From the NCBI GenBank assembly GCA_016179765.1, contig JACPCL010000037.1, positions 5,998 through 69,997 of the forward strand: a DNA stretch of 64,000 nt, given 5' to 3'. The DNA is from Chloroflexota bacterium (GTDB lineage Bacteria; Chloroflexota; Dehalococcoidia; Lucifugimonadales; JACPCL1). The translations under genes were made by a program, and so were the position numbers. Shown one piece after another: positions 30,352 to 39,626 of the stretch (its first letter is position 1; each line of letters begins with the position of its first letter). A model generated the notes under the pieces. It made no database searches and had not been told where the DNA came from. It saw only the letters and a list, made by a program, of their open reading frames with translations.

Positions 30352-32193
30352 CTAAGACTGCCCATCCTGCTCCTTAGACCCGCCGGCCGGGGCCAGCCGG
30401 GCATGGACAGAGCCCGCCACGCCATAGCCGTAAGGGGAACCCACCACCGTGGGCTCCGAGGGGAAGTTCTCCAGGGGCGGAGGCGATGAGGTCTGCCACT
30501 CCAGGGTACGAGCCTTCCAGGGATTGGCCGATGCCACAGGGCCTTTGATCCAGGAGTAGAGGAGGTTGCCGGCGAAGACCAGGAAGCTGGCCCCCAGGAC
30601 AAAGGATGCAACGGTGACGAAGAGGTTGGCATCAGCCATGTTTGCCGGATAGTCGGCCACCCGGCGGGGCATGCCCAGGATGCCCACCCAGAACATGGAG
30701 ATAAAGGTCACGTTGTAGGAAAGGAACAGCCACCAGAAATGCACCACGCCCAGGGCCTCGTTGTAGCTCCGTCCGCTCATTTTGGGGAACCAGTAGTAGA
30801 GTGCGCCCAGGATGGCAAAAATCTCGCCTCCCATGATGGTGTAGTGGAAATGGGCCACCACAAAGTAGGTGTCCTGGAGGTTGATGTCGGTGGGAACGTC
30901 CGCCAGGAAGATTCCCGTCACGCCGCCAATCACGAAGTTCATCAGAAAGCCCAGGGCAAAGAGCATGGGCGTCTTCAGCCAAAGCCTCCCTTGCCAGATG
31001 GTCCCAAGGCCAGATAGGAACACCATGCCCGTGGGGATGGAGATCAGCTCGGTGGTCACCATGAAAGGCAGGTGCAGGTAGTCCCCCATGCCGCTGGTGA
31101 ACAGGTGGTGCGCCCACACAATGTAGCTCAAGCCCACTACCGTCAGCAAAGAGGCCACCACCCACTTATAGGCAAAGAGGGGCTTGCGAGAGAAGTGCGT
31201 GAGCATCTCCAAGGCAATGCCAAAGGCCGGCAGAATCATAATGTAAACGGCGGGGTGGGAGTAGAACCAGAAGACGTGCTCGTACAGCAGGGCGTTGCCG
31301 CCTTCCGCCGCATTATAGAAGGAGGTGCCGGCCACCCTATCCAGAATCACCGTCAGCAGACCCAGGGCCACCGACTGGGTGGCGGTCAGGCTGATGAGGG
31401 CCGCGGAGAAGATGGACCAGACGAAGATGGGCAACCGGCCCCAGCTCATGCCAGGCGCCCGTAACATGATGATGGTGGCAAGGAAGTTCAGCCCCCCTAA
31501 GATGGAGGAGACGCCAAAGGTGAGGAAGGCCAGCAAGAACAGGAGCTGGCCGGAGGCGTTGAGGACGCTCAGGGGAGGATAGGCGGTCCAGCCGGTATCA
31601 AAGCCGCCCATCAAGGGGGTTGCCAGCAACAGCACCGCCACAGGCGGCACAATCCAGTAGCTCATGGCGTTGATGCGAGGGAAGGCCACATCCTCGGCCC
31701 CTATCATCAGCGGCACGAAGAAGTTGGCAAACCCACCCATGACAGTGGCCACGGCCACGGCGATCATCATGATGCCGTGCAGGCTCATGGTGGTGTTGAA
31801 ATCGCTGGCCCCCATAATGGTCTGGCCTGGGGCGGCCAGCTCAACGCGCATGAGCAAGGACAAGGCGCCGGCCAGCAGCATGATAACCACCATGGTCACC
31901 AGGTACTGCACGCCAATGACCTTATGGTCGGTGCTGAAGCGCAAGAACCTGGCCCAACCCTCGTGAAGCGGCTCCTTGGGTTGCTTGCCAAACCACTCCC
32001 TGGCCCAGGCGTCCCACAACCCTACTCCCAACAGCCAGCCTATGAGAGCAAAGACGTAGCCCATAGTCACCACAGGCTCAGTAGACCAGGGCTCCATGCC
32101 GAGAAGGTTTCGGAGGCCCGTGGTAGCCCCTGCACCCACGGCAAAGCCAATGGCCGCGAAGAGCACCGCTTTTATCAGAGGAAGGAACGCCAT
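30352..32193 (-). CDS. ctaD: Cytochrome c oxidase subunit I, A2 type
   Basis: STDHK, FWFYSHPAVY (YS motif), VWAHH, VVAHFHY, GMPRR. Confidence 0.96.
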   Translation of the reverse strand: MAFLPLIKAVLFAAIGFAVGAGATTGLRNLLGMEPWSTEPVVTMGYVFALIGWLLGVGLWDAWAREWFGKQPKEPLHEGWARFLRFSTDHKVIGVQYLVTMVVIMLLAGALSLLMRVELAAPGQTIMGASDFNTTMSLHGIMMIAVAVATVMGGFANFFVPLMIGAEDVAFPRINAMSYWIVPPVAVLLLATPLMGGFDTGWTAYPPLSVLNASGQLLFLLAFLTFGVSSILGGLNFLATIIMLRAPGMSWGRLPIFVWSIFSAALISLTATQSVALGLLTVILDRVAGTSFYNAAEGGNALLYEHVFWFYSHPAVYIMILPAFGIALEMLTHFSRKPLFAYKWVVASLLTVVGLSYIVWAHHLFTSGMGDYLHLPFMVTTELISIPTGMVFLSGLGTIWQGRLWLKTPMLFALGFLMNFVIGGVTGIFLADVPTDINLQDTYFVVAHFHYTIMGGEIFAILGALYYWFPKMSGRSYNEALGVVHFWWLFLSYNVTFISMFWVGILGMPRRVADYPANMADANLFVTVASFVLGASFLVFAGNLLYSWIKGPVASANPWKARTLEWQTSSPPPLENFPSEPTVVGSPYGYGVAGSVHARLAPAGGSKEQDGQS

Positions 32194-32219
32194 GCTTCTA
32201 CCTCTCGCTACTTGGTCGG

Positions 32220-32954
32220 CTACTTGGCGGTGCTTTCTGCAATCCAGGCTTTGAACTCATCTTCTGTCACCACCCGTACCGACAACCGCATCACTGAGTG
32301 CCCCAGGCCGCACAGCTCGGCGCACTGGATGCGCATATGCTCATCGTCATCGTAGGAACCAAGGGTGTCCGGCGTTGCGTAGGTGGTGGTTATCTTGCCC
32401 GGGACGGCATCAATCTTGACCCGGAAGGCCGGGATCCAGAAGGAGTGGAGCACGTCCATGGCGGAGACCTCAAAGCGCGCCCGTTTCCCAACGGGTAGGA
32501 CCAACTCCTTGGTGGAGCTGACGCCGTACTCCGGATAGGTCACCTTCCAGAACCATCGCCCTCCCTGCACCTGGACGAGAAGGTCAGGCGCTTCGCTGGC
32601 GTGGGCGCGCAGCTCCCGCAGGCCGGTGATGCCCGGGGTGATGATCATCAGGATCGTGAGGCCCGTGGTGACAGTCAGCCAGGCGAGGATAACGGAGCGC
32701 GGGCCATGGATGGCGGGGCCGTCCTCCGTGGGCTCGCCCCGCCGGCGGAAGCGCAGCATACTGTAGATGACCGTGACGACTACCAGGGCGAAAACCGGCG
32801 TCGCCAGCACCATAAGCAGCTTGAAAGCGTTATCAACGACGGCTGCCTCCTCAGCAGCGGCCAGAGGGAAGAGGTTCCAGGGAACGATCAAGAGCTCCAG
32901 CACGAAGGTCAGGAGCGCCCACAGGATAGCTACAAGCAGGAAGTCCTTGTTCAG
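32220..32954 (-). CDS. ctaC: Cytochrome c oxidase subunit II (probable CTG start)
   Basis: DVLHSFWIP, CAELCGLGHSVM (CuA); GGAGG RBS precedes CTG at 32954. Confidence 0.9.
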   Translation of the reverse strand: MNKDFLLVAILWALLTFVLELLIVPWNLFPLAAAEEAAVVDNAFKLLMVLATPVFALVVVTVIYSMLRFRRRGEPTEDGPAIHGPRSVILAWLTVTTGLTILMIITPGITGLRELRAHASEAPDLLVQVQGGRWFWKVTYPEYGVSSTKELVLPVGKRARFEVSAMDVLHSFWIPAFRVKIDAVPGKITTTYATPDTLGSYDDDEHMRIQCAELCGLGHSVMRLSVRVVTEDEFKAWIAESTAK

Positions 32955-33019
32955 AGCGCGCCTCCTCCTACAAAAACTGCAAGCTCCATGGGCATGACGG
33001 CCACCAGAGGAACGCCACA

Positions 33020-33036
33020 CGTGATAGTTGTCACAA
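33020..33036. promoter_or_regulatory. CRP/FNR- or Rex-like site upstream of cox operon
   Basis: TTGTGA-CAACTA-TCACG on minus strand. Confidence 0.5.
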
Positions 33037-33132
33037 TCAATGTTGCAGGAAGCGCATTTCCAATACTAGGTGCGGTTACATCAATATGGGGGGGCAGGCT
33101 GAACGAGCTTGGCCGGCGCAGCCCTACACAGA

Positions 33133-33163
33133 CGTAGGGGCGGCCTGCGGACCGCCCCTACGT
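33133..33163. repeat. GTAGGGGCG...CGCCCCTAC REP-like palindrome
   Basis: Relatives at about 13365-13395 and 41945-41972, weaker at 57555-57585. Confidence 0.75.
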
Positions 33164-33190
33164 AGGCATCTCGTATTTGGCGAATGGCGC

Positions 33191-33880
33191 TTAGAGCAGC
33201 CCATGCTGGGAGGCGTACACCACCGCCTTCAGGCGGTTCTCCGCGCCCAGCTTGTTCAGTACCCGTGTGATATGGTTGCGGGCGGTGATGGGCTGTACCC
33301 CCAGGGTCCCGGCAATCTCCTTCGTGCTCTGGCCTGACGCCAAAAGGCGCAGTACCTCCTGCTCTCGGCGGGAAAGCCTGGGGGAAAGGGCGCTGGCGGT
33401 GGCGGGCGCTTCACCCTGCACTGCCGCCGTCTCCTCGGCCAGGAGCTCTCTCAGCGCCGCACCCGCCCTTTGGGCAAACGCTTCCGTGTGGCGACGGCTG
33501 GTGACGTCCCGGAACAGGTGCAGCACCTGGAAAGACCCACGATTGCGCCGGGGAATCACCACGCTGATGTTCAGCCATCGGTCATCCCCCTCTGGGGGCT
33601 GACACAGGATATCGTAGTTCGGCGTAGCCCGGCCGCGGCGGGCATTCAGGAGCACAGGGCAGTTGCGGCGACAGAAGCGGTAGTTGCGGTCGTCCCGCCC
33701 CCCTACCACATCGTAGCAGAACTTGCCCACCACATCCTCCCCTCTCATTCCCAGGATACGCTGGGCACTGTCGCTCCAATGCACAATGCGCTGGCGAGCA
33801 TCCACGGAAAAGAGGCCATCGTGGGTGACCAGATCACTCCATGGTATCGCCGGCGGCGGAAGCTGAGTCATCTTAACCAT
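33191..33880 (-). CDS. PAS + LuxR HTH regulator with Cys motif
   Basis: DGLFSVD..IVHWS; FCYDV..FCRRNCP; LSRREQEVLRLLASGQSTKEIA. Confidence 0.9.
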   Translation of the reverse strand: MVKMTQLPPPAIPWSDLVTHDGLFSVDARQRIVHWSDSAQRILGMRGEDVVGKFCYDVVGGRDDRNYRFCRRNCPVLLNARRGRATPNYDILCQPPEGDDRWLNISVVIPRRNRGSFQVLHLFRDVTSRRHTEAFAQRAGAALRELLAEETAAVQGEAPATASALSPRLSRREQEVLRLLASGQSTKEIAGTLGVQPITARNHITRVLNKLGAENRLKAVVYASQHGLL

Positions 33881-34142
33881 CCTGGCCTCCTTTAGGTGGC
33901 CTTCTTTGGTTCGTTTTCCTTACGCTTGAGTATACCACTCCCCCACGCACCAGAAAGGGAGCTAAAGACACCAAGAACCAAAATTCAGGAAATATTAAGG
34001 CCCTAATTAACCGAAACTTGTCCGCATCTATACCGGATGTTGCGTCATGGTGCATGACGAAATTAACAGGGGACGTCTATTCTATGGGCGAGAGAAGGGA
34101 AAGGGCGCAGGGACGCCATCTCATGGGCAATAAGGAGGCGCC

Positions 34143-34364
34143 ATGGTCTGGTTAAAGGGATGTCCAAAATGCAGAGGGGAACTGACGGATAATAAGGACA
34201 CCTATGGCTACTACATTTATTGTGTCCAGTGCGGCTACCATCTCACGGAAGCGCAAATCGGCAAGCTGTGGACCCACACCCTGAACCGTAAGGCCGGCAA
34301 ACCGGCGCCACAGCCCCAGCCACAACAGCACGATCCCTACCTGGCGACGGTGTACTACCAGTAG
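34143..34364 (+). CDS. Small zinc-ribbon protein
   Basis: CPKCRG..D.YG...CVQCG; AAGGAGG RBS. Confidence 0.8.
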   Translation: MVWLKGCPKCRGELTDNKDTYGYYIYCVQCGYHLTEAQIGKLWTHTLNRKAGKPAPQPQPQQHDPYLATVYYQ

Positions 34365-34676
34365 GCCAGCATAGTTGCCATCCCAGAATCATTGAAGCAC
34401 CGCCCTCTGAAGGGAGCGGTATGATACCCCAGCCTGAAGGCCGGGGGTGAAAGAAAACCGTTTGGGGATAGCTTCCCGCTATCCCAACCTCCCCCTGGAA
34501 CACCACACCCCCAAACAGCTCCTCACCCTTCATCCTCGCTCCCTCCGTTGACACCCCACTCCCTGGTAGTATCATGGATGCCAGCAACCCAGTCGCCTAT
34601 TTCACTCCCCCTCGTGGAGAGGGGAGGCCGAGAGGGAAGCTCCTTTGGAGCTTCCTTGAAGGACCAGGGAGAGAGC

Positions 34677-36077
34677 ATGACCACCAAGAAACCTCGTACC
34701 ATCCGTGAGTTGCGCGCCAGCGGGTATCAGGTGCTGCCTATTCGGGAAGAGATGCGCCGCAACCTGGTACGCAAGCTGCGCAGCGCCGAGCAGCTTTTCT
34801 CCGGCATTGTAGGGTACGAGGACTCCGTTGTGCCTCAGATTCAGAACGCCATTCTGGCTGGCCAGGACATTATCCTGCTGGGGGAGCGCGGCCAGGCCAA
34901 GTCCCGCATCATCCGTGCCCTCGTCACCCTCCTGGACGAAGAGACGCCCGTCGTGGCTGGCTGCGAGATCAACGACAACCCGTTCAACCCCGTTTGCCGC
35001 GCCTGCCGGGACCAAGTAGCAGAGCATGGGGACATGGTGGAGATCGCCTGGCTCCCACGGGAGGAGCGGTATGGCGAGAAGCTGGCCACGCCAGACATCT
35101 CCGTCGCCGACCTCATTGGGGAGGTAGACCCCATCCGCGTCGCCGAGGGTCGCTATCTCTCCGATGAGCTCACCATCCACTACGGCCTCATCCCCAGGAC
35201 CAACCGGGGCGTCTTCGCCATCAACGAGCTGCCTGACATGGCGGAGCGCATCCAGGTGGGCCTCTTCAACCTCATGGAGGAGCGGGACATCCAGATCAAG
35301 GGCTACCGGGTGCGCCTCCCCTTGGACATGTACGTGGTGGCCACGGCCAACCCAGAGGACTACACCAACCGGGGCCGCATCATCACGCCCCTCAAAGACC
35401 GGTACGGTGCCCACATACGCACCCACTACCCCAAGAGCATTGAGGAGGAGGTCACCATCGTTGACCAGGAGCGGGCGGACTTCGGCAACATTGAAGCCAT
35501 GGTGGTGGTGCCTCAGTTCATGAAGGAGATTATCGCCGAGTTCACCGCCCTGGCCCGGCGCAGCACAGACATCAACCAGCGCTCCGGCGTCAGCGTCCGC
35601 GTCTCCATCGCCAACCTTGAGACGGTGGTGAGCAACGCCCTGCGCCGTGCCATCGTCAATGGTGAAGACAGGTGCGCCCCACGCATCAGCGACCTGCCCG
35701 CCATCCTGTCCTCCACCACCGGCAAGCTTGAGATGGAGAGCGTGGAGGAGGGCCGGGAGCCACGCATCGTGGACGATCTCACCCGCAAGGCGGTGCTCAA
35801 CATCTTCGGGCGGTACTTCACCCCCAGAGAGTTTGACCCCCTGGTGGAGCGGTTCACCACCGGCCTGGTCGTAGAGACCGGGAACGAGATCCCCTCTGCC
35901 CAATACGCCTCCAAGCTCAAGGAGCTAGAAGGCATCAAGCCCGCCCTGGCCAAGCTCCACGCCGATGGCTCGCCCGCAGAGACGGCCTCCGCCCTGGAGT
36001 TCATCCTGGAGGGTCTGCACCTGAACCGCCGGCTCAACCGAGACAAGGTGGAGGGCCGCTTCCGCTACCACAGCTAG
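34677..36077 (+). CDS. Magnesium-chelatase-like AAA+ ATPase
   Basis: LLGERGQAKSR, EKLATPD, INELPD, ANPEDYTNRGRIITPLKDR. Confidence 0.88.
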   Translation: MTTKKPRTIRELRASGYQVLPIREEMRRNLVRKLRSAEQLFSGIVGYEDSVVPQIQNAILAGQDIILLGERGQAKSRIIRALVTLLDEETPVVAGCEINDNPFNPVCRACRDQVAEHGDMVEIAWLPREERYGEKLATPDISVADLIGEVDPIRVAEGRYLSDELTIHYGLIPRTNRGVFAINELPDMAERIQVGLFNLMEERDIQIKGYRVRLPLDMYVVATANPEDYTNRGRIITPLKDRYGAHIRTHYPKSIEEEVTIVDQERADFGNIEAMVVVPQFMKEIIAEFTALARRSTDINQRSGVSVRVSIANLETVVSNALRRAIVNGEDRCAPRISDLPAILSSTTGKLEMESVEEGREPRIVDDLTRKAVLNIFGRYFTPREFDPLVERFTTGLVVETGNEIPSAQYASKLKELEGIKPALAKLHADGSPAETASALEFILEGLHLNRRLNRDKVEGRFRYHS

Positions 36078-36448
36078 CATGACCTCTACCGGTAATCCCC
36101 GTAGGACGGCAGTCAGGAGTTACCTCCTCTTCCAGGAAGGGCATATTGAAGGTGAAGATGGGTGTTGCGGCTAAGCCGCAACACCCATCTTCACAACTAT
36201 CAAGTCCCCCTTCCGCTTCGGAGAGGGGGACTATCAGGCTGCGGAAAAAGGGGGTGTCCAGAGGGGCGTCCGCCTCAGGCGGATGGCGGGGGTCTGGGGG
36301 TGTGCCCCAGATACAAATCCATCCGCCGCAGGCGGATACCTTGAACCCCCTTGAGGGGGTTTGGGGGTGTTTTTCAGCACCCTGCTACAGGAGGAGAGGT
36401 AGAGAAAGCGGATGAGGATAGCCTCGGGACCTGAGCATGGTGCGCGGC

Positions 36449-37927
36449 CTATCTCAGTGACAGAAGGGTAGCCACCGCGGCCTCGGCCAGGCCCAGCAGC
36501 GGCGCCGGAAAGATACCCAGGAACAGCACCCCCAGGCCAGATACCCCCAGGGCCAGGCGCACCGCAGGGGAGGATGGGACGGTTGCTCGCGATTCCGAGG
36601 AGGAGACGTACAGCGCCTTCACCACCCGCAGGTAATAGTAGGCGGAGACGGCGCTGTTGACGACGCCCACCAGAGCCAGCCACACCAGGTCCGCGCGAAC
36701 GGCGGCGTTGAACAAGTACAGCTTGCCCATGAAACCGGCGGTTGGGGGAATGCCAATGAGAGAAACCAGGGAGAAGGCCAGCACCGCGGAGACGACGGGG
36801 GCCTTCTTGCCCATGCCAGCGAAGCCGTCCACCTGATCGTTGCCCGTCCTGTTGGTGATGGCGATAACGGCGAAGAAGGCGGCCAGGTTGGTAGCGGCGT
36901 ATGCACCCAAATAGAAGAGAACGCTAGAGAGTCCAAGGCCTTCGGAGCCTGCCGGCTCCCGCACGGCCATGGCCGCCACGCCCACCAGAATGTACCCCGC
37001 GTGGGCGATGGTGCTGTAAGCCAGGAGGCGCTTGATGTTGCTCTGCCCCATGGCCATCAGATTCCCCACCGTCATAGACAGGGCGCTGAGCACCGCAAAG
37101 AGCATCCCCCAGTCCAGGCTGACTGCCCCAAAGGCGGTGGAGAACAGCCGGAGCAACACGGCAAACCCCGCCGCCTTGCTGGCCACCGAAAGGTACGCGG
37201 TCACCGGCGTGGGCGCACCTTCGTAGACGTCCGGCGTCCACATCTGGAAGGGGAACATGGCTATTTTGAAGCCAAACCCCGCGGCTATCAGCACGCCGCC
37301 AGCCAGCACCGCAGGGCTGCCAAAGGGCTGGCCACCTGCCGCCACCGCCTGGGCGATCTCCCCAAGCTGGGTGCTGCCAGTGTAGCCATAGACCAGCACC
37401 ATGCCATACAGGAGCAAGGCGGAGCTCATGGCGCTCAGCAGCAGAAACTTGAGGCCCGCTTCCGTGGAGCGCTCGTCTCGCAAAAAGGCGGCCAGGGCCG
37501 CCAGGGGCAGCGACGTCAGCTCCAGGCTGATGTACATAGACACCAGCTCCGTCGCCGCTGCCAGCAGCATCATGCCCAAAGCCGAGAAGAGCACCAGGGC
37601 GTAAAACTCCCCTTTGTACCGCTGGAACCTGGCCACATAGTCGGCAGCGCCAAGGATCACCAGGGCCACCACCGCCAGCACCAGAAACTGGAAGAACAGG
37701 GCGAACTTGTCCACCACCAGGGTGTCAAAGACGCCCGCCATGGCCCCACCGGTGTTCACGTCGCCCCACAGGGCCAAGGCAAAGGCCGCTGGCAAGAGAA
37801 GGCCCAACAGAGATACGGCAGCCACCAGGCCTGTGCGCCTGGTGACCAGGTCTAGCAGCACCACAAGGCCCCCAACCCCTGCCAGGGCAATCGGTGGGGC
37901 CAGCAGATACAGGTCGTGCGCGGTCAT
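36449..37927 (-). CDS. nuoN: NADH-quinone oxidoreductase subunit N
   Basis: EAGLKF, FKIAMFPFQMWTPDVYEGAP, IKRLLAYSTIAH. Confidence 0.95.
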   Translation of the reverse strand: MTAHDLYLLAPPIALAGVGGLVVLLDLVTRRTGLVAAVSLLGLLLPAAFALALWGDVNTGGAMAGVFDTLVVDKFALFFQFLVLAVVALVILGAADYVARFQRYKGEFYALVLFSALGMMLLAAATELVSMYISLELTSLPLAALAAFLRDERSTEAGLKFLLLSAMSSALLLYGMVLVYGYTGSTQLGEIAQAVAAGGQPFGSPAVLAGGVLIAAGFGFKIAMFPFQMWTPDVYEGAPTPVTAYLSVASKAAGFAVLLRLFSTAFGAVSLDWGMLFAVLSALSMTVGNLMAMGQSNIKRLLAYSTIAHAGYILVGVAAMAVREPAGSEGLGLSSVLFYLGAYAATNLAAFFAVIAITNRTGNDQVDGFAGMGKKAPVVSAVLAFSLVSLIGIPPTAGFMGKLYLFNAAVRADLVWLALVGVVNSAVSAYYYLRVVKALYVSSSESRATVPSSPAVRLALGVSGLGVLFLGIFPAPLLGLAEAAVATLLSLR

Positions 37928-37930
37928 AAC

Positions 37931-39475
37931 CTAACCAAAACGTGAAATGATGGGCGCTACCCCAGAGGTAAAGACATCCGTCAGCCAGGCGGGATACACG
38001 CCCACCGCAAGAATGGCAATGAACAGCAGGACAACCGGGATCGCCTCCGCCAAGGTGGCGTCGCCCACGTGGTCGTACCGGCGCAGCGCAGGGCCGAACA
38101 TCACCCGCTGCACCATCCACAGGATGTAGCCAGCCGTCAGCACGATGCTAAAGACGGCGATAGCCGTGGGCCAGCCCCAGACGCTGAAGGTTCCCAGGAA
38201 CACCAGCAGCTCGGCAACGAACCCACTCAACCCGGGCAACCCCAGAGAGGCGAGTCCGGCCATGACTAAGAAGGCAGCCAGGAAGGGCATTCGCGCGGCA
38301 AGGCCGCCCAGGTCAGGGATGTACCGGGTGTGGGCCTTCTCATACACGAAGCCCACCAGCAGGAACAGGAGGCCGGTGATGGTCCCATGGGTGAACATCT
38401 GCAAGGCCGCGCCACTGAGCCCTACTGGGCTGAGCCGGTCCGCTGCAACGCCTACCGAGCTGATGCCGATGAGCACCAGGCCCATGTGGCTAATACTGCT
38501 GTAGGCGATCATCCGCTTCAAGTCGTTCTGGCGCATAGTGACGACGGCTCCATACATGACGCTCATCACGCCCAGAGCTACCAGCAGCCAGGCGTACTCT
38601 CGCGCCACCTCCGGGAACATGGTGACGCACACGCGGATCAACCCGTAGCCCCCCATCTTGATGAGCACGCCCGCCAGCATCACGCTGCCTGCCGTGGGCG
38701 CGTCCGTGTGGGCGTCGGGCAGCCAGGTGTGTACCGGCCAGGAGGGCAGCTTGATGGCGAAGGCGGTGAAGAAGAGGAAAAATACTACCTGGACGGGCAG
38801 GATAAGGTTGCTCCACTCCTTCTGCTGGCCGAGCGCCACCATGTCAAAGGTTCCTGTAGAGAAGTACAGCACGAGCAGGCCCACCAGCATGAAGGCAGAG
38901 CCAAAGATGGTGAACGCCAGAAACTTGAGGGCCGAGTACTCCTTGCGTCCACTCCCCCAGATGGAGATGAGGAGGTACATGGGGATAAGCTCCAACTCCC
39001 AGAAGACGAAGAAGAGGACAAAGTCCAGGGAGGTGAAGACGCCCATGACGGCGGTCTGGAGCACCAGGAGCCAGATGAAATGCTCTTTGGCCCGCCGCCG
39101 GACATTCCAGGAGGCCAGGACGGCGCACAGCCCCAGGAGGCCGTTAAGCAGCACCAGGGGCGCGCTCAAACCATCAACGCCAAGGTAATACTGAGCATTG
39201 ATGGGGACTATCCAATCAGCGCGGGTGATAAGTTGCAGGCCACCCTGCGCCAGGTCGTAGGAGAGAAAGACCGTCACGGAGAGGAGGAGCTCCGCCACGG
39301 AGACCAGGAGGGCAAGGCTGCGCGCCCTTTGCGTGCGCGGACCGGCCTTCAGCCAGCCAGGGGTAGGCTTACGACGCGCCGAGCCACCCTGCCAACGTAT
39401 GACCTTCGTAAGCCACGCCAGCAGCAGGATGGCCAAAGCCCCGGCCAGGGGTGTGAACACAACCGCCGTCAGCAA
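37931..39475 (-). CDS. nuoM: NADH-quinone oxidoreductase subunit M
   Basis: GVDGLS, FWELELIP, HTWLPDAHTDAP, KRMIAYSSISH; TTG start. Confidence 0.95.
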   Translation of the reverse strand: MLTAVVFTPLAGALAILLLAWLTKVIRWQGGSARRKPTPGWLKAGPRTQRARSLALLVSVAELLLSVTVFLSYDLAQGGLQLITRADWIVPINAQYYLGVDGLSAPLVLLNGLLGLCAVLASWNVRRRAKEHFIWLLVLQTAVMGVFTSLDFVLFFVFWELELIPMYLLISIWGSGRKEYSALKFLAFTIFGSAFMLVGLLVLYFSTGTFDMVALGQQKEWSNLILPVQVVFFLFFTAFAIKLPSWPVHTWLPDAHTDAPTAGSVMLAGVLIKMGGYGLIRVCVTMFPEVAREYAWLLVALGVMSVMYGAVVTMRQNDLKRMIAYSSISHMGLVLIGISSVGVAADRLSPVGLSGAALQMFTHGTITGLLFLLVGFVYEKAHTRYIPDLGGLAARMPFLAAFLVMAGLASLGLPGLSGFVAELLVFLGTFSVWGWPTAIAVFSIVLTAGYILWMVQRVMFGPALRRYDHVGDATLAEAIPVVLLFIAILAVGVYPAWLTDVFTSGVAPIISRFG

Positions 39476-39504
39476 CGCCCGCTCCTATGATATGACTGCC
39501 CCTG

Positions 39505-39575
39505 ACCCTCGCCCTCTCCCATCAAGGGAGAGGAGATTTCCCCTTCTCCCCTTGTGGAGAAGGTTAGGATGAGGG
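39505..39575. repeat. CCCTCTCCC...GGGAGAGG palindromic repeat family
   Basis: Copies at about 3205-3228, 34605-34630, 41835-41870, 42445-42475, 46455-46545. Confidence 0.8.
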
Positions 39576-39626
39576 GTAAGCAATCTTTCAACAACCTGAT
39601 CTGTTACGGTCACAGAGAAGAGACTT

